A stretch of 64,000 nucleotides of DNA from Dehalococcoidia bacterium (GTDB taxonomy: Bacteria > Chloroflexota > Dehalococcoidia > SM23-28-2 > RBG-16-64-32). Below the pieces are notes generated by a model that worked only from the letters and a program-made list of their open reading frames with translations, made no database searches and was not told where the DNA came from. Position numbers and translations under genes: made by a program. Location: the NCBI GenBank assembly GCA_963665775.2, contig CAXXTF010000002.1, forward strand, positions 640,001-704,000, given 5' to 3'. Below are positions 55,751-64,000 of the stretch, one piece after another (the first letter of the stretch is position 1; each line of letters begins with the position of its first letter).

Positions 55751-56350
55751 CTACAGCACCTCCTTCGTGCTCGGTATCTCTCCGGCACTTCGTTCGTCGA
55801 TGCGCACGGCTTCCCGCAGGGCCCGCGCCAGCGCCTTGAACGTCGCCTCCGCCCGGTGGTGATCGTTCGCCCCCGCCAGCAGCCGCACGTGCAGGTTAAG
55901 CCTCCCCTCCTGAGCGAAGGCCGCCAGCAGGTGCTCGATGTTCTCCGTCGGCAGCCCCCCCAGCAGCTCGCGGTCAAAGCTCGCCTCGATGCTGGCGTGG
56001 CCGCGTCCCCCCAGGTCCACCGCCACCAGGGCCAGCGCCTCGTCCAGCGGAACGATGGCGTGCCCGAACCGCACGATGCCCCGTCGCTCCCCCAGCGCCT
56101 CATCCAGGGCCTGGCCCAGGACCAGCCCCACATCCTCCACCAGGTGATGCGGGTCCCGCTCGATGTCTCCCGTCGCATCGATCTTTAGGTCGAGCAAGCC
56201 GTGGCGGGCCAGCTGCTCCAGCAGGTGATCCAGCATGCCAATCCCGGTAGAGACCTCGTAGCGCCCGCTGCCGTCCAGGTTCAGATTGATGGCGACACGC
56301 GTCTCCCGCGTCTCCCGCGTGACCGCGGCCTTCCGACTATCTGCCAACAT
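55751..56350 (-). CDS. hisB: imidazoleglycerol-phosphate dehydratase
   Basis: RETRET, DHLL, HHLVED, NDHHRAE. Confidence 0.95.
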   Translation of the reverse strand: MLADSRKAAVTRETRETRVAINLNLDGSGRYEVSTGIGMLDHLLEQLARHGLLDLKIDATGDIERDPHHLVEDVGLVLGQALDEALGERRGIVRFGHAIVPLDEALALVAVDLGGRGHASIEASFDRELLGGLPTENIEHLLAAFAQEGRLNLHVRLLAGANDHHRAEATFKALARALREAVRIDERSAGEIPSTKEVL

Positions 56351-57419
56351 GTGCTCCAATCTCCGTTAGCGCTTCCAGCAACCGATCCGTGTGCTCAGGC
56401 TTGCCGACGCTAAAGCGCAGGCAGTTGCGCAGCACCGGAGTGTCAAGATAGCGCACCAGGATGCCCTTCTCCCGCAGGCGGTCCCGCACATCCCTGGCCG
56501 CCACGCCACGAACCTCGCACAGCAGGAAGTTCGCCTGCGACGGGAAGGGCTGCAGCCAGGGCAGATCGGCCAGCCGCTCCCGCAGCCGCTCCCTCTCGGC
56601 CACTATGGCCGCCACTCGCCGGTTCAGGGTCGCCACGTCATCCAGGGAGGCGAGAACCGCTGCCCCCGCTGCCACGTTCACGTTATACGGCATCTTGATC
56701 TTTCGTATGACGTCGGCCAGCGGCTTGGGGAAGACCCCGTACCCTACCCGCAAGCCCGCCAGACCCGCCCACTTACTGAACGTCCGTACGACGATGAGGT
56801 TATCTCGATCTCCCACCATCTCGATGAAGCTCTCCCCCGCGAACTCGGCGTACGCCTCGTCCACCACCACCACTGCTGGCCCCTCCAGCAGCCGCTCCAG
56901 CTCCTGCCTGGGCAGCGAGTTCCCCGTCGGATTGTTGGGCGAGGCCAGGAAGAGCAGCTTCGCTCCCTCGTTCAAGGCCGACTCCATAGCCGGCAGATCC
57001 AGCCCGAAATCCTGGCGACGCGGTACCTCGATCAGCCGTGCCGCGTAGAGACGGGCGAGGAACGGGTACATCCCGAAGGTAGGGGGCGCACTCACGACCG
57101 CGTCGCCGGGAGAGAGGATGAGCCGGGCTACAAGGTCCAACGACTCGTCTGAGCCGCTGCCCACCACGACCTGCTCCGGCTCCACGCCCACATAGCCCGC
57201 GATCGCCGCCCGGACGCGGCGCTGCTCCGGGTCCGGATAGATATGGTAGTAGGGGAACCGGGCCAGCGCCTCCGCCACTCTAGGCGAAGGGCCATACGGG
57301 TTCTCGTTCCCGTCCAGCTTGACGATCTCCTCCTCCGGAATGCCCAGCTGCGCCGCCACCTCATCCACGGGCTGGACGGGCTCGTATCCGGGCATGGCGA
57401 TGAGGTCCGCCCGCGCCAA
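56337..57419 (-). CDS. hisC: histidinol-phosphate aminotransferase
   Basis: KLDGNENP, SPNNPTG, DEAY, RTFSK. Confidence 0.94.
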   Translation of the reverse strand: MARADLIAMPGYEPVQPVDEVAAQLGIPEEEIVKLDGNENPYGPSPRVAEALARFPYYHIYPDPEQRRVRAAIAGYVGVEPEQVVVGSGSDESLDLVARLILSPGDAVVSAPPTFGMYPFLARLYAARLIEVPRRQDFGLDLPAMESALNEGAKLLFLASPNNPTGNSLPRQELERLLEGPAVVVVDEAYAEFAGESFIEMVGDRDNLIVVRTFSKWAGLAGLRVGYGVFPKPLADVIRKIKMPYNVNVAAGAAVLASLDDVATLNRRVAAIVAERERLRERLADLPWLQPFPSQANFLLCEVRGVAARDVRDRLREKGILVRYLDTPVLRNCLRFSVGKPEHTDRLLEALTEIGAHVGR

Positions 57420-57454
57420 GGCCAGAATCTCTCGCTTCGTACGCCTTCTGTCCG

Positions 57455-58795
57455 TCAGGAGCGCTCTCCCCTCAGGCGGAGCTCGATGGCGCGGGCGTGT
57501 CCGGTAAGCCCTTCCGCCCGCGCTATCACCGCCGCCGCCGGCCCGACTTGCCGCGCCGTCTCAGCGTCGAGTCCCACCACGCTGGTGACCTTAAGGAAGT
57601 CGTGCACACCGAGGGGCGAGGCGTAGGCGGCACCGCCGCCCGTAGGCATCGCGTGGCTGGGGCCCGCCGTGTAGTCCCCGATGGACTCCACCGCCGCCGC
57701 CCCCAGGAAAACGCAGCCCGCGTTCCGGACGTCCTTCAGAAGCCTCTCCGCTCCCTCCACATGCAGACACAGATGCTCCGGCGCGAACTCGTTGGCGAGA
57801 GCGAGCGCCTCCTCCAGCGATCCCACGACCGCCACGCCACCGCGGGCCTCCATGCTGGCCCTGGCCACGGACGCCCTCTCCATCTCCTCAAGCTGCGCTT
57901 CCACCCTCTCAACCACCGCCCTGGACAACCTTTCAGAAGTGGTGATGAGTATCGCCGTCGCCAGCTCGTCGTGTTCCGCGCCGGCCAGCAGGTCCGCCGC
58001 CACCAGCGACGGGTCGGCCTCCGCATCCGCTACCACCAGCGTCTCCGAGGGCCCGAACAGCCCGTCGATCCCTACTTCGCCGTACAGCCTCTTTTTCGCC
58101 AGCGTCACGAATATTCCGCCGGGGCCGCAGATCTTGTCCACCCGCGGAACCGTCTCCGTGCCGTAGGCGATCGCCGCGACCCCCTGGACGCCGCCCGCCC
58201 GGAACACTCGGTCGACCCCGGCGATATCGGCGGCCACCAGCTTGACCGAGGCCACGCTGGCGTCCTCCAGAGCCGGCGTGACCATAATGATCTCCGCCAC
58301 TCCGGCCACGCGCGCTGGTACGGCCGTCATCAGCACCGTCGAGGGCAAAGCGACCCTGGTGCCGGGGACGTACAGGCCCACCCGCTGCAACGGTCGGACG
58401 GTCTGGCCGATTCCGCCTTCATCGAAGCTACGGAGGGAGTGCTCCAATTGCCGCTCGTGAAAGAGCCGAATGCGCTCCGCCGCCTCCCGCAGGGCGGCCA
58501 CCAATGAGGCGTCCACACCAGCGTACGCGGCCTCAATCTCCTGTCGCGAGACCTCGAGGGAGAGGGACGGACCCCCGTGGACGCCGTCCACATCCTCGTT
58601 GTAGCGCAGGACGGCCGCGTCCCCCTCTTCCTGGACATCCCGCAGGATCCGCTCGACGACGGCCTCGGCGTTCAGCTCCTCGCCGAACACCCGCCGTATC
58701 TCCTCCTGAACGGAGGCGGGCAGCTGCTGAGCCTCCAGGGGGAGCCGTCGCAGCACCGTTTCGCGGGCCTCGGCAACCCCCCTGACTAGGCGCAC
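57455..58795 (-). CDS. hisD: histidinol dehydrogenase
   Basis: GLYVPG, DKICGPG, GPSE, AEH, APEHL, GDY. Confidence 0.94.
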   Translation of the reverse strand: MRLVRGVAEARETVLRRLPLEAQQLPASVQEEIRRVFGEELNAEAVVERILRDVQEEGDAAVLRYNEDVDGVHGGPSLSLEVSRQEIEAAYAGVDASLVAALREAAERIRLFHERQLEHSLRSFDEGGIGQTVRPLQRVGLYVPGTRVALPSTVLMTAVPARVAGVAEIIMVTPALEDASVASVKLVAADIAGVDRVFRAGGVQGVAAIAYGTETVPRVDKICGPGGIFVTLAKKRLYGEVGIDGLFGPSETLVVADAEADPSLVAADLLAGAEHDELATAILITTSERLSRAVVERVEAQLEEMERASVARASMEARGGVAVVGSLEEALALANEFAPEHLCLHVEGAERLLKDVRNAGCVFLGAAAVESIGDYTAGPSHAMPTGGGAAYASPLGVHDFLKVTSVVGLDAETARQVGPAAAVIARAEGLTGHARAIELRLRGERS

Positions 58796-59544
58796 TCTAG
58801 ATACTCCTTAACTGCCTCCAAGCCCAGCCGCCGAGACTCTTCCACAAAGCACTGAACTCGCTCCGGCGTTAGATACCGCATGGCCCGCTCCACCATGTCC
58901 GGCAGCGAGCGCAGGTACTCCTGCCACGCCTCCGACGTCTCGATGCCCGCCTCCCTCAAGTGTCGACCGGCCACGTACCGGAATCTCTCCCAGTCCGGCG
59001 GCTGATTGACCACGTCCAGGACCACCTCGCGCCAGCGACCAAGAGTATCGCCGTCGATGAAATCGATCTCCAGGGCCAGGTCGGAGCGGGCCACCTCCTC
59101 CAGGACATGGGCCACGACCGCCCGATCGGATCGCTTCTCCCGGTCGATGGAGAACTGCACCAACCGGTCCATGATGTTGGCCTCCAGGTTACCATCAAGA
59201 GTGGACCCCTCGCCGAAGAAGGGGCGATAGATAGTGGTGATCCAGGTCTCGTCCATGACCAGGTGCGTCAGATAACCGGCTATGAAGGCGGCTGTGGCTT
59301 CGTTCAGCGCTGCCGCTTGAGCAAGTCGGGGGTAACTCCGGAAGAGACTGTCCACGCCGCTCTGCTCCTCCAAGCTGCCCAGGTCGAAGAAATGGGTTCG
59401 CTCCCTCTCCCAGCGCGTGATCACCCGGATGTCCGGCGCCGTCGAGCCCAGGTACAGGTTGCCCCGCTCCCGGTCCAGCAGGCGGTGATGGAGGCCATCG
59501 GCCAGCTCCTTGGCCATGACCGTATGCAGCGTCAGTGGGGGCAT
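58786..59544 (-). CDS. zinc-dependent phospholipase C-like protein
   Basis: N-terminal MP...H, LGSTAPD, THF, GYLTHLVMD. Confidence 0.65.
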   Translation of the reverse strand: MPPLTLHTVMAKELADGLHHRLLDRERGNLYLGSTAPDIRVITRWERERTHFFDLGSLEEQSGVDSLFRSYPRLAQAAALNEATAAFIAGYLTHLVMDETWITTIYRPFFGEGSTLDGNLEANIMDRLVQFSIDREKRSDRAVVAHVLEEVARSDLALEIDFIDGDTLGRWREVVLDVVNQPPDWERFRYVAGRHLREAGIETSEAWQEYLRSLPDMVERAMRYLTPERVQCFVEESRRLGLEAVKEYLECA

Positions 59545-59565
59545 TACAACCTCGGCCCAATTGTA

Positions 59566-60984
59566 TCAGACCGGCTCGACAGCCTCGGCCGAGCGCCGGA
59601 GCGCCGCCACCAGCTCATCGAACACTTCCCGCCGCTGTCCCGACAGCGCCGCACCCTTCCGCGCGATGAGGCAGGTGGTGGAGCGAAATAGCAGATCGAT
59701 CGCCTTAAGTCCGTTCTCTGCCAGTGTCCTGCCGGTCTCCGTGCCCTCGATGAGGAGCTCCGCGTCCTCGGGCACGTACCCCTCGGAGGCGCCAGCGATG
59801 GGGATTATCTGATAGCGCCACAGGTGGCGGCTCCGCGCGTAGTGATCGGCCAGGCCGGGGTACTCCGAGGCTATCCTTATGGACGTCTTCCCCTGGGAAC
59901 GCCACAGGTCCAGGGCCTCGCCGATGGTGCTTACTGGAAGCTCCTCGCTCACCACCGCCGAAAGGTTGTACTGCCCCCGCTGGAGGTCCTGTATCTCCTC
60001 GACGGGACTGGAGGGAAAGCGATACAGGTGCTCCAGCAGGCAATCACGGCCGGTCACGGCCAGGTCTATCTCCCCCGTGGCCACAAGCTGGGGCATGTCC
60101 TGCGGACGGATCACCTTGATCTCCAGCCCGGCCAGAGGACTGACCGGCCGCCGCTCCGTCCGCGACATGTCGTACCCCTCGAACTCCAGGCCCGCCGCGC
60201 TCAGCGCCTCCACCACGTGTCGCTGCTGGTGTCCGTCAGGCAGAGCCATCCGGATTACCAACCGCTCCGGCGGCCGTCGAGCCCTTCGCCCGGCAGCGGG
60301 AAGCGGAGTCGGTAGGCGGAGGCCGCTGGCACCGGCCCCCTCCGATGCCCCGGCCACAAGCGGACCCAGAACCGAGCTAAGATCCTTCTTGGCGAGACTG
60401 TCGGCGTTGGCGATGAGCCAGGCGGAGCTCTCCAGCAGGCGGAGCAGGGGCACCAACCCCCGTTCGCGCAATACCCTCTCGTCAGCCACTGCCACCACCA
60501 CAACATCCGCGTCCTCCGGAGGATAGGCCTCGGCGGCACCCCAGATCGCCTGGACCCGATAGGCCGGAAAGCGAGCCGCCGCAGCGAAGGCGTCCGCCAG
60601 GTTCGGATAGTCACTGGCCATTCGCACTACCGCAAGTGAGCTCAGGTCAGCGAGACCGCTGACGCCCTGGGCACTCGCAGCGTAGATGCCGCAGCGCCCG
60701 ATCCCCAGGTCTCGGACGCTAACGATCGGCTGCTCCGGAAAGCGGGCACGCATCTCCGCCACCCAGGCCAGGTTACACACACCCAGGTCGTAGCTGCCAA
60801 GGGCCACCTGAACCGGAATGTCCTTCTCCCGGAATACGCGGACCGTCACCTCATCCCGATCCGGGAGGCTCAGCCGATAAGAGCGCGAGCCCTCGCCGTA
60901 GCCCTCAACATGCAAACCAGCGGCCTCAAGACGTTCCGCCACAGGACCGCGGATATCTCCCGCCGGCAGCGCCAGCTTAATCAC
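59566..60984 (-). CDS. hisG: ATP phosphoribosyltransferase with two fused short-form HisG domains
   Basis: Two repeats: KLALPAG..REKDIP..ASDYP and RMALPDG..RPQDMP..ASEYP..ETGRTL. Confidence 0.85.
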   Translation of the reverse strand: MIKLALPAGDIRGPVAERLEAAGLHVEGYGEGSRSYRLSLPDRDEVTVRVFREKDIPVQVALGSYDLGVCNLAWVAEMRARFPEQPIVSVRDLGIGRCGIYAASAQGVSGLADLSSLAVVRMASDYPNLADAFAAAARFPAYRVQAIWGAAEAYPPEDADVVVVAVADERVLRERGLVPLLRLLESSAWLIANADSLAKKDLSSVLGPLVAGASEGAGASGLRLPTPLPAAGRRARRPPERLVIRMALPDGHQQRHVVEALSAAGLEFEGYDMSRTERRPVSPLAGLEIKVIRPQDMPQLVATGEIDLAVTGRDCLLEHLYRFPSSPVEEIQDLQRGQYNLSAVVSEELPVSTIGEALDLWRSQGKTSIRIASEYPGLADHYARSRHLWRYQIIPIAGASEGYVPEDAELLIEGTETGRTLAENGLKAIDLLFRSTTCLIARKGAALSGQRREVFDELVAALRRSAEAVEPV

Positions 60985-62215
60985 GGCTGGCTTCCGCAAT
61001 CGCGCGGACCACCTCATCCACGCTCGCCAGGCGCCGGCCCGCGCCACCGTCACCGCTGAGGGCGAAGCCGTCGGCAGCGGCGACAACCTGCCAGGCCGCC
61101 CGGCCATCGCCCGATCCGGCCACCGTTACGCTCCGATCTCCCTCGCGCAGGGCCGAAGCCAGCCGGAAAGTAGCTACCAGGTCCGCCGTCCCTTCGCTAG
61201 CTGGCCGGATGGCAACCTCAAACACACCCTCAGACCCCTCTCCAGGCAGCAATTCCATCAGTAGATCGACCTCCAGGGCGAACCCGGAGGCCGGCCTGCT
61301 CAGATCCCCCACCAGCGAGATCAGGGCATCATAGCGACCACCACCCCCCACTGTGCGCTCCCCCACAAGGAAGTGAAACACGGGGCCCGTGTAGTACTCG
61401 AAGTCACGTACCAGGGCCGGCGATATGCGAGGGCGATGGCCGCTGTCTGTCAGAATCGTAACCACCGCCGTCAGCTCATCCAGCGGCTTCTCCATCTCGG
61501 GTATCGTGGGCAGCAGCGCGCTGCGCAAGTTGTTCAGGTAGGGCACTCCTTCCCCCTCCGAGGCGAGAAGCGCCCGCAAGGATACGCCTGTATCCGGCAA
61601 CCGCTCCTGTATCTCGTCCAGGGCAGCGATATCGCCGTCCAGAATGCGACCAGAGAGGGCGAGCTGCTCCGCCACTTCGAAGCCAGCGCGGGCCAGTACG
61701 GCGCGAAGGATTCCCGGATCCGATAGCCTGAGTTCGGGCTCCAACCCCAGCCGGCGCAGCGTCTCGCAGCCCATCAGGATCAGCTCCACGTCACCCTCCG
61801 GCTCCGTATCGCCGATGAGCTCCACGCCGCACTGGCTCCCCTCTCGCGACTCGTCGCCCTGGGCAAACCGAAACACATTCTGGGTGTAGAACAGCTTGGC
61901 CCATCTCGCTTCCTGCATCGCCTCGACGTACAGGCGGGCGGTCGGGATCGTTGAATCCGGCCGCAGTACCACGCGTTCGCCGCTCCAGCCGTCCCAGTCC
62001 AGGAACGAATACACCCGTCCCAGCGTCTGGGGCGAAAGCGTTCCGGCGGACGTGAACAGGTGCAACTGCTCAATGGTGGGCGTACGCACCTCGTCGTACC
62101 CCCAGCCCTGGCAGACCTCTCGAAAGGCCTCCTCTATCCGGCGAAAACGCCTCATCTCCGGCGGCAACATGTCCCGCATGCCCCGGCAGCGCATAGAACG
62201 GTTCATACCTTTCAT
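60977..62215 (-). CDS. hisZ: ATP phosphoribosyltransferase regulatory subunit
   Basis: GMRD, LRPDST, QCGVELIG, YYTG, GGGRYD; overlaps hisG. Confidence 0.85.
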   Translation of the reverse strand: MKGMNRSMRCRGMRDMLPPEMRRFRRIEEAFREVCQGWGYDEVRTPTIEQLHLFTSAGTLSPQTLGRVYSFLDWDGWSGERVVLRPDSTIPTARLYVEAMQEARWAKLFYTQNVFRFAQGDESREGSQCGVELIGDTEPEGDVELILMGCETLRRLGLEPELRLSDPGILRAVLARAGFEVAEQLALSGRILDGDIAALDEIQERLPDTGVSLRALLASEGEGVPYLNNLRSALLPTIPEMEKPLDELTAVVTILTDSGHRPRISPALVRDFEYYTGPVFHFLVGERTVGGGGRYDALISLVGDLSRPASGFALEVDLLMELLPGEGSEGVFEVAIRPASEGTADLVATFRLASALREGDRSVTVAGSGDGRAAWQVVAAADGFALSGDGGAGRRLASVDEVVRAIAEASRD

Positions 62216-62374
62216 CTCCTGAGGGATGTGGTCATTCTAGCACCGGCCGCACCCCCATTCAACGAATGCCAGCCAGCGCGGCAAGCAGACCCACGCTGTA
62301 CAGTACCGATGCGGCGGGCGGATGTATACTATAAGACAGTTCATACAGGAGTGTATCCACGGCATGCATTCACG

Positions 62375-63748
62375 ATGCCCTGCATAGGCTACTTCCGCCG
62401 CCGCCATCGATCTAGGTTCCGGCCAGGTTTGATCCTGGGCCTCCTCGGCGTTATCCTCGGCGCTTTCGCCTTCGCCTGCGCCAGCGGGATCAGCGCCGCT
62501 CCCGGCGCCGTCCACGTCCTCACCGCCAACGGAGCCGTCGGGCCGGTCATGGATCGCTACATCGACCGCGGGATAGACGCGGCCGAGGATAACGCCGCCA
62601 ATGCGGTAGTGATCCGTCTGAACACACCCGGCGGCCTCTCCACCTCCACGGACAGCATCGATCGGCGCATCCTGAACGCCAGGGTACCGGTGATCGTATA
62701 CGTCTGGCCACCGGGAGGACAGGCCGCTTCCGCCGGGACGTTCATCACATACGCCAGCCACGTGGCCGCCATGGCCCCCGGCACGGTCATCGGATCCGCC
62801 ACGCCAATAGACTCCGGCGGCGGCGACATCGAGGGTGACCTGGGCAACAAGGTCTTGGAGAACGCCGTGGCCAAGATCCGCGCCCTGGCCGACCTCCGGG
62901 GCCGCAACGCCGACTGGGCTGAGTCCGCGGTGCGGGACGGCGTATCAGTGGAGCAGAACACCGCTCTGGAGCTAAACGTCATCGATCTGATCGCGGAGGA
63001 CCTCGAGGACCTGCTCGCCTCCGTAGACGGACGCACGGTGGAGCTGGAGGGAGGGTTGGTCGCCACCCTGCAGACCGCTGGCGCCGAAGTCGTCTTCAAC
63101 GATCGCAACTTCATCGAGGACCTCCTGAACATCATCGCCGACCCCAACATCGCCTTCTTGCTGCTCTCCCTGGGCTCACTTGCCCTGTTCATCGAGATCA
63201 TCAACCCTGGCGCGATATTCCCCGGCGTCTTTGGGGTCATCGCCATGATCCTGGGCTTCTTCGCCCTCAGCGTCCTCCCCTTCAATTGGGCCGGCGTAGC
63301 GCTGATCCTGATCGCCTTCATCCTCTTCGGCCTGGAGGTGTTCGTGACCAGCGGCGGCGTATTGGGCGTTGGCGGCGTCGTCGCCCTCATTCTGGGCGGC
63401 CTATTCCTTACCAGTAACAACCCTCCCGAGTTCCAGACCTCTCGCTGGCTGGTATTCGGCCTGGGAGCCGCCCTGGGTGTCTTCGTCCTGTTCGTGATCG
63501 TGAACGTCGTCCGGATTCGTCGGATGCCGCCACAGGTAGGAAAGGAGACCCTCATCGGGCAGGAAGCGGTCGTGCGCTCGACCCTCGACCCTAGCGGCTC
63601 CGTACTCATGGACGGGGAGGTCTGGTCCGCCGAAGGACAGGACGACCCTATCCAGCCCGGCGAGCACGTGATTGTCACAGCGATTAATGGGCTTAGACTG
63701 AAGGTCAAGCGACTTCAGGAAAGGAGTGACACGAATGGCGACACCTAG
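62375..63748 (+). CDS. nfeD: NfeD-family membrane-bound ClpP-class protease
   Basis: NTPGG, AASAG, GRNADWA, TM block, GEVWSA. Confidence 0.9.
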   Translation: MPCIGYFRRRHRSRFRPGLILGLLGVILGAFAFACASGISAAPGAVHVLTANGAVGPVMDRYIDRGIDAAEDNAANAVVIRLNTPGGLSTSTDSIDRRILNARVPVIVYVWPPGGQAASAGTFITYASHVAAMAPGTVIGSATPIDSGGGDIEGDLGNKVLENAVAKIRALADLRGRNADWAESAVRDGVSVEQNTALELNVIDLIAEDLEDLLASVDGRTVELEGGLVATLQTAGAEVVFNDRNFIEDLLNIIADPNIAFLLLSLGSLALFIEIINPGAIFPGVFGVIAMILGFFALSVLPFNWAGVALILIAFILFGLEVFVTSGGVLGVGGVVALILGGLFLTSNNPPEFQTSRWLVFGLGAALGVFVLFVIVNVVRIRRMPPQVGKETLIGQEAVVRSTLDPSGSVLMDGEVWSAEGQDDPIQPGEHVIVTAINGLRLKVKRLQERSDTNGDT

Positions 63749-64000
63749 TCCCGCACCTAGTCCCTCAAGAGGCAGCGTGTTTCGCTGGCTGATGCTGCTG
63801 CCCGTTCTCCCGTTTGCCGTCAAGATCGTTCAGGAGTACGAGCGCGGCGTCATCTTCCGCCTCGGCCGCCTGGTGGGAGCCTGGGGACCGGGTCTCTTCC
63901 TGATCATCCCCGTAATGGAGCGGATGGTGGTCGTGGACCTGCGCGTAGTCACCATGGACGTCCCCCGCCAGGATGCGATCACCCGTGACAACGTCACCGT
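63735..64000 (+). CDS. SPFH/stomatin (slipin) protein, runs off window
   Basis: QEYERGVIFRLGR, GPGL, VDLR, ITRDNV. Confidence 0.9.
   Translation, partial: MATPSPAPSPSRGSVFRWLMLLPVLPFAVKIVQEYERGVIFRLGRLVGAWGPGLFLIIPVMERMVVVDLRVVTMDVPRQDAITRDNVT

Noticed and set aside
60977-62215. Histidyl-tRNA synthetase (hisS)
   Set aside because: It overlaps short-form hisG in the his operon and has a degenerate C-terminal domain, which fits HisZ better.

Overview
GC-rich bacterial chromosomal window; gene content and style suggest Chloroflexota/Dehalococcoidia (inference). Bases ~1-17580 are an accessory island. It holds a satellite/plasmid-like RepA-helicase module, nested IS481/IS3 remnants, McrBC, an IS1595 transposase followed by P63C and methyltransferase-HNH genes, a HEPN-like gene, an orphan type I-E-like CRISPR array inside a CTAG/inverted-repeat-bounded segment, a YbaY lipoprotein, a UGA-containing (selenocysteine) peroxiredoxin-like lipoprotein, IS1380 and an att-like right boundary. 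The rest is mostly housekeeping: prfB with a +1 frameshift, nfi, folD, thyX, acpS, nnr, recJ, EF-G paralogue, bioY, tRNA-Val, thrS, biotin carboxylase/carrier, ferredoxin, tRNA-Ser, miaB, nrtR, dtd, nadABC with an NrtR box, a second IS1380 splitting a small gene, thiolase/DUF35, purS, a his operon with a tandem double-domain HisG, and NfeD/SPFH. No cas genes are present. Family calls come from motifs recognised by eye; no database searches were run.
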